A stretch of DNA of 33,126 nt from Octopus sinensis (Eukaryota): assembly GCF_006345805.1 (NCBI RefSeq), contig NW_021832099.1, positions 1 through 33,126 on the forward strand, in the 5' to 3' direction. The notes under the pieces were generated by a model, which was not told the origin of the DNA, ran no database searches, and was given only the letters and a program-made list of their open reading frames with translations. A program made the position numbers and the translations under genes. Positions within the stretch are counted from its first letter, which is position 1. Every line of letters starts with the position of its first letter. Shown here piece by piece: positions 21,841-32,790 of the stretch.

Positions 21841-22262
21841 GGCGCAGGAGTGGCTGTGTGGTAAGTAGCTTGCTAACCAACCACATGGTTCCGGGTTCAG
21901 TCCCACTGCGAGGCATCTTGGGCAAGTGTCTTCTGCTATAGCCCCGGCCCGACCAATGCCTTGTGAGTGGATTTGGTAGACGGAAACTGAAAGAAGCCTG
22001 TCGTATATATGTATATATTTATATATATATATGTATGTGTGTGTTTGTTTGTGTGTCTATGTTTGTCCCCATAGCATTGCTTGACAACCGATGCTGTTGT
22101 GTTTACGTCCCCGTCACCTAGCGGTTCGGCAAAAGAGACCGATAGAATAAGTACTGGGCTTACAAAGAATAAGTCCCGGGGTCGATTTGCTCGACTAAAG
22201 GCGGTGCTCCAGCATGGCCGCAGTCGAATGACTGAAACAAGTAAAAGAGTAAAAGAGTAAAG
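21841..22262 (+). mobile_element. SINE family A, full length
   Basis: A-box TGGCTGTGTGG, B-box GGGTTCAGTCCC, CORE-like CTTGGGCAAGTGTCTT, LINE-like tail, (GTAAAAGA)n end. Confidence 0.93.
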
Positions 22263-22664
22263 GACATGGCTACAAACAGTATACAGACGCATGCTAAACA
22301 CATAGACATCGTCACAGACACATATGCAAACGCCCGTGTACACACACATTCATACACATGCAGACGCAAACAGATGCGCAGAAAAGGATACACAGCTCAG
22401 AAAGCAAGAATACACTAAGCAGGACAGGAGGAGACACGTGGGATGGGGAGGAGCAGAAGAAGTAAGAGGACGTATACCGAAAGATTTCAGACAAAGGACA
22501 CGACTATAAGAATGGTAATAAAATCCCTTTGAAGAACGAGTATATATAGTGTGTGTTTGTGTGTGTGTGGCAAACAAAAATGAACATCCTGAAATATATG
22601 TTATATATATAGATACGTGTGTGTGTGTGTACACATATATACATACACACACACACACACACAC

Positions 22665-22712
<48 letters not shown>

Positions 22713-22717
<5 letters not shown>

Positions 22718-22965
22718 TTGGTGCATGATTATTGCGGCTATCATTCAACAAATTTTATTCAACAAAAACATTAACAATATTTAACAAAAGCATATTTAAA
22801 TGACGGTCTGACCGTCTGCCAAGCAAACGCGAAGCGGTAATTAAAGTAGATGGTGAATATGCTCCGGAATAATTATATAGAGATGTTTTTGTTACAGGTT
22901 GTTATTGTTCTTGTTGAATAAAATTTGTTAAAAAATAACCACAATAATTATGCATCAACCCAATA
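22713..22965 (+). mobile_element. Internally deleted mariner (MITE)
   Basis: ~50-bp TIRs (GTTGGTGCATGATTATTGCGG..AACAAATTTTATTCAACAA and its inverse at 22895-22965), TA flanks, and residual transposase C-terminus DRLPSKREAVIKVDGEYAPE*. Confidence 0.85.
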
Positions 22966-23041
22966 TATATACATATATATAGACAATTGCGGATCTACTT
23001 CTAGCATAAGGGCCTCCACATAGTGGTTATACCTCTCATAT

Positions 23042-23089
<48 letters not shown>

Positions 23090-23136
23090 TATATATATAT
23101 ATATATATATATCAGACACCATCATAGATCGTTAAC

Positions 23137-23310
23137 TCCTACACGCATTTTTTCTCTCCTTTTTTTCTGTGTACCATTCTGTCGAAGAGCGTAGGCTCGA
23201 AAGGTAAAAGACTTTTTCTATTTCTATTCCTGAGCGCAATACAAATACATTTGTTTGTTTTTACTCCACCTGCCTTTGTCTTTTGTTTATTTTCGTAAAC
23301 TTTACCGTTA
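23137..23310 (+). repeat. Probable PLE pLTR-derived short repeat with hammerhead-like core (23179-23206)
   Basis: CTGTCGA-A-GAGC-GTAG-GCTC-GAAA-GGTA: perfect 4-bp stem II, one change from CTGACGA and one from GAAACGTA; T-rich tail ending in (TA)n. Confidence 0.6.
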
Positions 23311-23333
23311 TATATATATATATATATATGTAT

Positions 23334-24600
23334 ATTAGGGTGGGGCAAAAGTTGCAACTTTCGAAATTGGTAACCAGGAATCTATATTTTGTTGCAAACG
23401 ACAGTTAAAAGAAGGGTGTGTAAAGGACTTTGTGGTTATATATCTTTTTAAGGTTCTGCAACACAACTGGAAATTTTTTAAATTGCTATTTCTGGTCGAA
23501 GATTGGATTTCGCAGATTGTACGTCGTAGCAAATACATATATCTACATAGCAGAACGCAAAAATATAGTAGCCTTACGAGGTTGCATACCAAATTTCGGT
23601 ACAATTGACTAACATCTTGAGGTTCCGTATTAACAATAAAGAGAACGGGAGAGTGAACTTCTCTCTAGTGCCGCTGCAACGGTCGTTGCATTTAGATATA
23701 CGTGGTACGTGTATAAAGTTTTCTGTTTTGTACCTTGACTTTAGGCCATTGTATTAAAATTATTGATCGTGTTAAATTTAGTGTCGTTTACAATTAGGGA
23801 TGACTCATAAACCAATAACGTGATATGATATTGAATACCCAATATTTGGTATTATATGTGATGTTAGCGAGCAATTTTTGCCAAATTACAAGGACGCACT
23901 AAAATGTGCTTTATTTGAACAAGAACAAGAATAGATATGCAGCACGAAGCTTTGTCAGTGAACAGGTCGCGGTTTCAAAGCGACGAAAATATTTTGACAA
24001 ATTAAATTTGAATGTTGAATTGAATCTAAAGGTTTTGCGTGTTTCTTAAATGGCTTATAAACACCTTCCACGCTGCAATTGTTTTCGTTCCAGCACACGA
24101 TCTCAGATCAAGTCACTCGCTATGCAAGTACATCTCCGTAAATTATAGAATGTACTTAAGAAAGATCCTTCAATTAAGCAAGTTGTCAAGATTGTTGTAG
24201 AAAAGATAATTCTTCTTTGGAAAAAGGCATCCATCGCTTGTGTAATGATAGAGTCATTTATACCGAAAATCTTACACTTTAATGCAAAGTACCAAGCATA
24301 ACTAAAATCTGTGAAAAATAGAAAAAATGTGCCATCACTTCAAAGTGTAATGTGTCTAAAAACAATGCAACAAAAGATTTATTTGGCATTTCTTTTCGCA
24401 ATTGCAACTCCTTTAAAAACTGCAGTTGTAGTAGAGACAAAAAAGTACTACAGAGAGAACACGATGTTTTATCACCAAAATGTGTCAAGAACCAAAAATT
24501 GGTTTACACGTAATTTTATTTTATTGCGTGTGTAATCTAGACGTAATGTAAGACATATATTCGGTAACCTAGTATTAAAAATAAAGTCAAACAAATTTAA
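23334..24600 (+). mobile_element. Decayed hAT (hATm-like) DNA transposon: 5' TIR and transposase N-terminus
   Basis: Starts TTAGGGTGGGGCAAAA; ATG at 23800 reads MTHKPIT*YDIEYPIFGIICDVSEQFLPNYKDALKC, resumes after an insert as DPSIKQVVKIVVEKIILLWKKASI..KYQA*LKSVKNR..LFGIS..CNSFKNCSCSRDKKV. Right boundary uncertain. Confidence 0.65.
23933..24136. mobile_element. Short element family H, copy 1 (inserted in the hAT ORF)
   Basis: ~200 bp closely matching 26435-26640; short terminal IR like AGAGATG..CATCTCT. Confidence 0.8.
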
Positions 24601-24852
24601 AATTTCTATTTATTTCACTTAATTTCGAAATTTCAAGTGCGTTGTGGAGTTTGAAGGCATAAATGTTAAAGTTTGAGATTTTAACGCTAGTTTTCAAACG
24701 ATTTCGCAAAGGAAAATCGATTCGTAACAATGAACGTACAAAATAAAATGAGGAATGGCAAACGTGTTATAAATTGATTTTTCACTCATTATTCAAATTT
24801 TCAAGTGGGCTACTATAAGTGTGTGTGTGTGATAGTTTCACTGCATAGGCGA

Positions 24853-25612
24853 TATTATTGTGGTGGAAGGCGGTAAGCTGGCAGAAACGTTAGCACGCCG
24901 GGCGAAATGCATGGCTGTATTTCGACTGCCGTTACGTTCTGAGTTCAAATTCCGCCGAGGTCGACTTTGCCTTTCATCCTTTCGGGGTCGATAAATTAAG
25001 TACCAGTTACGCACTGGGGTCGATGTAATCGACTTAATCCGTTTGTCTGTCCTTGTTTGTCCTCTCTGTGTATAGCCTCTTGTGGGTAGTAAAGAAATGG
25101 ATATTATTGCGGTGGAAGGCAGCGAGCTGGCTGAAGCGTTAGCGCGCCGGGCGAAATGCATAGCCGTATTTCGTCTGCCGTTACGTTCTGAGTTCAAATT
25201 CCGCCGAGGTCGACTTTGCCTTTCATCCGTTCGTGGTCGATAAATTAAGTACCAGTGACGAAATGGGATCGATATAATCGACTTAATCCGTTTGTCTGTC
25301 CTTGTTTGTCCCCTCTGTGTATAGCCCCTTGTGGGTAGTAAAGAAATGGATATTATTGTGGTGGAAGGCGGCGAGCTGGCTGAAACGTTAGCACGCCGGG
25401 CGAAAGCATAGCCGTATTTCGTCTGCCGTTACGTTCTGAGTTCAAATTCCACCGAGGTCGACTTTGCCTTTCATCCTTTCGGGGTCGATAAATTAAGTAC
25501 CAGTTACGCACTGGGGTCGATGTAATCGACTTAATCCGTTTGTCTGTCCTTGTTTGTCCCCTCTGTGTTTAGCCCCTTGTAGGTAGTAAAGAAACAGGTA
25601 TTATTGTGGTGG
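24853..25612 (+). mobile_element. SINE family B head-to-tail trimer (period 249/249/248 bp)
   Basis: The 14-mer TATTATTGYGGTGG occurs at 24853, 25102, 25351 and 25599, bracketing three full B units. Confidence 0.95.
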
Positions 25613-25692
25613 TGGTGGTGGTGGTATGGCATTGGTGGCAGTGATGGTGGTAAAGGCAATAGTAGTGTCGGTAGTGGTAGTGTTGGTTGAAG

Positions 25693-26210
25693 TGCAAGGT
25701 TGAAGGAGATACTTGTTTTAATGAGTCTTAGGCAGCATGAGCTAAATAATATGTTATCTTTAGCATCTGTAGTTTTGTAAAATATGTCCGTTTCTATTTG
25801 TTAGTTTAATTTTTCAACCAGCATGTCGAGGGACGGGAGTTTCTCTTGGTTGTGTTGCTTTGTAAATTGTATGTTTGTGTTAATGCTATTAAGGGTCTTT
25901 TGAAATCCATGAGTTTATCTGTTTTCGTTCCCTAAGATAAAGCAGTTGTCCAAAAATCTTTTCCAATTTTCTTTCATACAGACGCTTGACAGTACCTGTC
26001 ATTTAGCTCATGCCACCAGAGACGTATGAAAACAATGATCACATTCAACCTTGCAAGAACGATTTGCAACATAGAGCCTGAAAAAGATACCAAAGAACAG
26101 AATTACAGATTTAACTCCCCTTTACTGAAAAATACCTTGGTTACCAATTATCTCCCACTAACAAACAAAATTTCTCATTACGAATTGCATTTAACATTCA
26201 AAATTTGAAA
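25693..26210. pseudogene. Penelope-like RT fossil, two divergently oriented arms
   Basis: Minus arm (25980 to 25693): ENWKRFLDNCFIL..LNSINTNIQFT..KLPSLDMLV..IETDIFYKTTDAK..FSSC..KTSISFNLA. Plus arm (from 25978): TDA*QYLSFSSCHQRRMKTMITFNLARTICNI. These match PLE RT motifs WKRxLDD, FLD, TDIxYKxTD, SCHP and IPFNLA. Confidence 0.85.
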
Positions 26211-26361
26211 AGCTTCAGCGAGACCGGTCATATTATAAGTGACAAAAAAAATTATTTTATAAGTTATTGCATAATATTTTTACCATGACGACTTAGATAT
26301 ATTCTTTAGTCTCGTAAAACAAATCTGCTGTGATTTTTCAACTTATCTCTTTCCTCGTATA

Positions 26362-26423
<62 letters not shown>

Positions 26424-26434
26424 TATATATATAG

Positions 26435-26636
26435 AGAGATGCAGCACGGATTTTTGTCAGTGAACAGGTCGTGGATTTTAGCGACGAAAATATTTTGACA
26501 AATTAAACTTAAATGTTGAAGTGAATCGAACGTCTTTTGTGTGTTTCTTAAATGGCTTACAAACACCTTCCACGCTGCAACATTATTTTCGTTTCAGCAG
26601 ACGATCTCAATCAAATCACTTGCTATGCGAGTACAT

Positions 26637-26640
<4 letters not shown>
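26435..26640. mobile_element. Short element family H, copy 2
   Basis: Match to 23933-24136; lies between (TA)n and (TC)n tracts. Confidence 0.8.
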
Positions 26641-26673
<33 letters not shown>

Positions 26674-26780
26674 TCTCTCTCTTCTCTCTCTTTCTCCTCT
26701 CTCTTTATATAATATATATATATATAGATATAATATACCCATGTATAACTACATCCACACACAGACACACCGCACACACA

Positions 26781-26823
<43 letters not shown>

Positions 26824-27139
26824 ATATTAGATAATATATATATATATATATACATATATATACATTATATATACATATGTAAACATTATCGATCGTACAT
26901 ACACTCCATGTATGTGCTTTGTTTGCTCGCCGGATTGACTCCCATATAACGCTGGGGTTTAAACGTGATAAGAAAGATTTCACCAAATTCTATACTGCTG
27001 TGAATCCGGTGACCAACCGAAGCACATCAGTTGAGTATGAGAAATCGGTTATGTTCGTATCAATAATGGTGCTGTTAATACCTTATTAAATTTGATTTTA
27101 CCTGACCATCGCTGTGGTACATTCCCGAATACTTTTCAG

Positions 27140-27294
27140 ACTATTTACATATGGTCATAGACTGGCGTTTCGATACGTCCCCAGTTCGAATCATGTACGT
27201 GAAATTGATAAGCTACAAAAATGGCGAAATATCGGTATCCATCACTTCTGAATTGGATCCGGGGCGAGCTGTTGCCCTAGTCAACGACTTTCAG
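27140..27294 (+). CDS. Candidate coding exon, product unknown
   Basis: TTTTCAG acceptor at 27133-27139, open frame (D)YLHMVIDWRFDTSPVRIMYVKLISYKNGEISVSITSELDPGRAVALVNDFQ, then CAG|GTGTTT; non-repetitive. No homology recognised. Confidence 0.25.
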
Positions 27295-27359
27295 GTGTTT
27301 TAACACTCAGTGTTATAAGGGTGTCTTTCCCAGATGTTATGTCGTGAATCCGGAGTACA

Positions 27360-27444
27360 AACAAAGTCGATCTCGGCGGAATTTCAGCCAAATACCGCTA
27401 AGAATTTTATCCGGCGTGCTAACGATTCTGCTAACTCGCTGCCT
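27360..27444 (-). mobile_element. Old SINE family B head relic
   Basis: ACAAAGTCGATCTCGGCGGAATTT..CCGGCGTGCTAACGATTCTGCTAACTCGCTGCCT. Confidence 0.7.
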
Positions 27445-27602
27445 GAAGTTAAACAGATATTAAATTTCCTTAAATGAACTTACTCTTTTACTCTTTTACG
27501 CACACATATACACACACAAACAAACGAACACATAAATATATACATGTACATACACACACGCACATACACACACATATATATACACATATACCTATCTACT
27601 CC

Positions 27603-27996
27603 TTTTACTCTCTTTAACTTGTTTCAGTCATTTTGACTGTGGCCATGCTGGGATCCGCCTTTAGCGAGCAAATCGACCACGGGCCTTATTCTTTGTAACC
27701 CAGTACTTAATCAATCGGTCTCTTTTGCGAACCGCTAAGTTACGGGGACGTAAACACAACCAGCATCGGTTGTCAGCAATGCTAATGGGACAAACACACA
27801 CACACCCACACCTATATAATATATATCCATATAACGACAGGTTTCTTTCAGTTTCGTCTATCAAATCCCTCACAAGGCATTGGTCGGCCCGGGGCTATAG
27901 TAGAAGACACTTGCCCAAGATGCCACGCAGTGGGACTGAACCCAGAACCATGTGGTTGGTTAGCAAGCTACTTACCACACAGCCACTCCTGCGCCT
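27603..27996 (-). mobile_element. SINE family A, full length
   Basis: Reverse complement matches 21841-22262. Confidence 0.92.
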
Positions 27997-28669
27997 AATT
28001 GTAAATTATGTGCGGTTCACCTGTTTAAAAAAAAGTTGTTGCAATTGGTTTTCTATTTCTAGATTTAAAATAGGTGGGTTAATATCTGATGTTTATCGTA
28101 GAGACGTCATATACACATTTTAAAGATTACTACACATATATAACAAGGAAATGAAGGACTACGTATCACTTTTAGGTAACCTCTTATCACACTAAGTCTA
28201 CTGCTGCGATATTGATTACACGTTAATAACAACCGACAAAATTCTACTTCTTGAAGACTTACAATTAGAGAAGAGAAAGCTTGCTAAAATGTTGGTTGCA
28301 TTGTATTTGACTATACAGAGACAGGCTCACAATACAAAACACTATTTCCTAAGATTTTACCATAAATTAGTATCTCGATTTGTATCTCTCTTAGAATCTT
28401 TGACTCATTCTCTATGTTTCCCTCAATCCATTGTCTATTCCTCATTCTTTTCTACCTCTATTTCTTTTCCTGTAGATATATAACACGAGTGTGTAATTAG
28501 AAATAATTATTCGTGGAGCACTTTTGCTGAATGATGCTTAATTTGGGCGAGTTTAGATGTACTCTAACAAGTTCAGGTAAAACCTATTGACACAAAAGCA
28601 GCAGACAGCACACACACACCACACCACATCATACATACACACATACCATACTACATACATACTACATAC

Positions 28670-28713
<44 letters not shown>

Positions 28714-28749
28714 ATATATATTGTCCTTTAATTGTCATACATATCGCTT

Positions 28750-28880
28750 GCTTTCTTCCAAGAAATTTGGGGCCGGTCAGATTTGAACAGTCTCAAGTGT
28801 AATCGGCTGAAACTAAAATGATGACCTGGCAACTTGACTGATGAGATAAGGCTGCAAATGACCCGTCTTTGTTTTTTTTT
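28750..28880 (+). repeat. Dispersed repeat family I, copy 2 (CTGATGA..CAAATGACCCGTC at 28838-28867)
   Basis: Homologous to 1720-1890. Confidence 0.7.
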
Positions 28881-29937
28881 CCTCTCCGGTCTTTTGTTTT
28901 ATTTTTCCTCTCCGTCTTTGTATTGTCTACCTTTTCGAATGTTTTATTATCCTCTGTTGCATTATAGGTTCCATTTTTTTGATTTATATAAATATAGGTA
29001 TGTATATAATATATATGTATATATATTATACATATACGTAATTGTGTGTTTGTATGCATTTAGACATTTTACATATGCACACGCACATGTATATTCATAG
29101 ATGTATTTTTATTTATACGTATACTTATATAGATATATAAGCTCTAATAGCGCGGAAAATGCACATCTCAGTTGTAATAATTGTTGAATATTTACTGAAT
29201 GTATTAAATAAGAATAGTTTTACATCCCTATTAGTTATATTCATATTTTCGCATTTAATAACGAACCGGTTTACACTCTAAGAAGTATTGAAGAAGATTG
29301 AATATTTTGTTGCTGATGTACCTTACAAAGAAAAAAATAAAAGAAACCGTTGTTGCTTGTAGTGTTTGTCTTTGCAAACGATTGCTTTTTTGCACATTAT
29401 TTACAACTATTAACACAGAGGAGAGAAAAATCAGTCAATACAATGGCCTGATCGACTGCTATCAGTTTCTGCCGCTCATTATTGAGAGGTCATGTGTTCT
29501 TATATTCTTTTGCAAAATAGGAATGATTTCGGTCCCTCGGAGAACTGAACTCTGCGAAGTGGAGTGACAGCTGCAGCGGATATCTTTAGCCATTTTCCGC
29601 GGCAAAACCATCATCGGCATTACTAGGAGCGGCTGAGCACATCACGTGAGCTGGGGTATGTTGTCCATCTCTTTCTTTCGCTGCGTTTTTCTACCATTTT
29701 CCTTTGCTTTCTTTTCTTTTCGTATCTCTCCCTCTTTCTTTGTATTTAAATGTTATAAATTGTTAAACAAACGATTGTGTATGGCTTATATTGTTTAATG
29801 CTTTCCCTTTGCTTATTCGCTTGCTCTGTGGTGGAATGCGAGCAATTATAAATTGAAAATAATTTAAAATTAAATTACGGCATTTCTGTACATATCACGA
29901 TATGGCCAATTCAATGAAATTTTAACCATTTTGTCAT

Positions 29938-30238
29938 GGTTTGTGGTTAAGAAGCTGGCGTTCAAGCCACGTGGTTTCAAGTTCAGTCAGAATGTGAGGA
30001 CAAATGGTCAACAAGTGTGTTCTACTATAGCCCTAGTCAACCTATCCCCAGTCTGTGAATTCAATTGATGGAAGCTAAGAAAGCCCATCTTACATAAACG
30101 CGTGAATCTATGTGTATGTGTGTCTGTGTTTTTCCTCTTAACGTTTGCCACCTCTTTTATAACAAGTGTTGATGTCTTTGCCTCTGCGTAGCATAGCCGT
30201 TCGGTCGGCAAAATCCTCGACAGAATAAATGACAGACT
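29938..30238 (+). mobile_element. Old, diverged SINE family A variant
   Basis: GGTTTGTGGTTAAGAAGCT..AAGTTCAGTC..CAAGTGTGTTCTACTATAGCC..CGGCAAAA..AGAATAA, collinear with A. Confidence 0.7.
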
Positions 30239-30240
30239 CA

Positions 30241-31050
30241 TTTATTGTCGTATGTTTAGTATGAGACAATGGAAAGGTTCGATGCTGTTTGGATTCCATA
30301 GTTTTATAGTAGAGGTCTGAATGACTATTTTAAAAATACCAACTGTTTCATAATTTAGATATCTCAAAGCGGCAGTTCTTGTTGAATCGAACCAGAAATT
30401 TGATATAAGAGCTGATAAGATATTTCATTTCCTCAAGTTAACAAAGATTATTTTATCCTAAAATCAGTTTTTTTTAAATATATTTTTTCATTTGTTTTGT
30501 AAATATATATTAAATGATTTTCTAAATACTTTTAGAGATTCACCGAATAACCTCTCTTGGAAACTCAGAGTTAAGTTGTCGTAACTGGAGACAAATGGAA
30601 TGCCTATCGCTCATCTTGTAATATGACGCTCCACCGAGTCATTGAGATACGTCTTATGATATGTATGTCAGTCCATCAAGTATGAAGTTCTTTCAATTTG
30701 TTCTGATAACTGAAATTGATAGGAATCAAGCCAATATTTAATCACAGTGATTCCATATATTTCATTGATATTAATGTTTAAATTAACAACATCAAAGAAA
30801 ACAATAATTGTAATATGAGCAATTATATTTAGTAAGTGGATAGATATAAGTAGAAATTTCGAATAAAACTATATATGATTTAAATTTGGCTTCAACAGCT
30901 ATAATCGTTCTCATTTTCAAACTTAATGTAGAAAAAAATTTAATGTTTTTACAATCGTCACATTATAGAGACATTTTTTGTATAATTTGTGTTGGCTAAG
31001 GAAATGCTTGGCTTGACTTTTGAAGTTTCTCGTTTAATTTAATTCTTCAT
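30241..31050 (-). pseudogene. Highly degenerate Penelope-like RT fossil
   Basis: IVFFDVVNLNININEIYGITVIKYWLD (~30805-30725; cf. SFDVxSLYTNIP..G..AI.YWL), IGIPFVSSYDNL (30607-30572; cf. MGTxFAPSYANL) and SDLYYKTMESKQH..SHTKHT (30320-30241; cf. TDIYYKPTDSKQY..CHPKHT), in correct order. 5' limit uncertain. Confidence 0.7.
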
Positions 31051-31714
31051 TTGTCAATAAAAGCAGGAGGGTTCCCATTATTTTAAGAGTTTATAGTTGT
31101 CAATTATTTCATGGTAATAATTAATTTCTAACAGTTTAAATACATGATTTTTACCATAATTTGTAAATATGGTCATATCAACTCTATCTTAATCGCCTTC
31201 TTTAATTCTGAGTTCAATATTTTTTCTTGAGCATTTATATTTTCCCTTTCTACCCTTCGGAATCTGATTTTCTTTCCAATAAATTCAGTGTGAAAGTTCA
31301 TTATATGTTTACAGTAAGTTTTGAAGACATGCATAAGTTTCTTTAAGAAAAATCGTTCTGACCCGTGTTTTCTAGACATTTGTAATACGACTAATCTTGG
31401 CAATAAATAGTTAACCATATATAACCTAAAAGATTTATTGATAGTGGGATCGATATCAACATTTTATATTGCTTGATGTACATTCACAAACAGTCTACAA
31501 ATCCGTATCTCAAGCAAATCTACTTCCGCATTTGATTATATACAATCTTTATAAATATAACATGTTCACATATTGATATTTATCAAAACTGATTTGTGTG
31601 CGTTTAACTAATTCATTTCTGCTTGACAAAGCTTTGTACACGCCAGCAATATGTTTTTAAATATAATAACAAAAATTCTTAATGGATTATGGAGGACTGA
31701 TTCGGGTTTTGCTC

Positions 31715-31747
31715 CTGATGAAGTGTAAAGGGGCAGAAACACGTGTC
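31715..31747 (+). ncRNA. Minimal hammerhead-like core with palindromic stem III
   Basis: CTGATGA-AGTGTAAAGGGGCA-GAAAC-ACGT-GTC; palindrome ACACGTGT at 31739-31746; stems I and II are poorly paired. Confidence 0.45.
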
Positions 31748-31966
31748 CTACATTCCGACGATTTCATTCATACTTTGGATTGATCATTACTAGCATACTA
31801 CGGATACATAAACTTTCTTTCTCCATAGTTTACGCAGCTTAAGAATTTGTATGCCCTGTGCACACAAATGTGTAATTTACAATTGTGTGCAGATTTGTTT
31901 TAAAACTCAGTACTTATGATGCAGCTTACACACGGAAACACAAATACTCATGCACACACACGCGCA

Positions 31967-32025
<59 letters not shown>

Positions 32026-32380
32026 TATAGATATATATGTTCCCATATGTGTCTATATATTTATCTATCCATCAGCTTATGAACGCACATTGAAACGCAT
32101 TACTATTGTGTACTGTATCTGTATAACGAATATGGAGAGGTATTAATTTGATTCCAAGAAAGGTAAAAAGAGGGACATCGCCGTTGATGAGTTCACAACC
32201 CGTGACAAAAGAATTATGTCAATCCAACAACTGAGTTAACAAATAGTTTTTTTTTAACTAACAAATTTAGAAACTCTTGATAAATCTGAAGTGAAATGCA
32301 ACCAGCGCCTGTGTATAATTGAAGCACAATGATCGTCGAAGATGATGTATGAGTATTCAGCAGAATACAGGAAAAAACCA

Positions 32381-32790
32381 AGGCGCAGGAGTGGCTGTGT
32401 GGTAAGTAGCTTGTTTACCAACCACATGGTTCCGGGTTCAGTCCCACTGCGTGGCACCTTGGGCAAGTGTCTTCTGCTATAGCCTTGGGCCGACCAAAGC
32501 CTTGTGAGTGGATTTGGTAGACGGAAACTGAAAGAAGCCCGTCGTATATATGTATATATATGTATGTGTATGTGTGTCTGTGTTTGTCCCCTCCTAACAT
32601 CGCTTGACAACCGATGCTGGTGTGTTTATGTCCCCGTTACTTAGCGGTTCGGCAAAAAGAGACCGATAGAATAAATACTTGGCTTACAAAAGAATAAGAC
32701 CCGGGGTCGAGTTGCTCGATTAAAGGCGGTGCTCCAGCATGGCCGCAGTCAAATGACTGAAACAAGTAAAAGAGAAAAGAGTAAAGAGTA
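32381..32790 (+). mobile_element. SINE family A, full length
   Basis: Near-consensus head, CORE-like segment and tail. Confidence 0.93.

Noticed and set aside
24853-25612. CRISPR-like repeat-spacer array
   Set aside because: The long units are near-identical SINE copies rather than unique spacers; the context is eukaryotic and there are no cas genes.
16555-26995. Similar peptides KREKKDFIAQY (~16615) and KRDKKDFTKFY (~26960)
   Set aside because: The match is short, lies in A-rich codons and does not extend; compatible with chance.
722-32146. Dozens of ORFs rich in IY, HT, CV, ER or poly-I/L
   Set aside because: They are translations of (TA)n, (CA)n, (GA)n and (TAA)n microsatellites, with no protein-like complexity.
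220-32610. Recurring ORFs such as MPRSGTEPGTMWLVSKLLTTQPLLR and KDERQSRPRRNLNSER
   Set aside because: They are incidental frames through SINE A and B copies, not a gene family.
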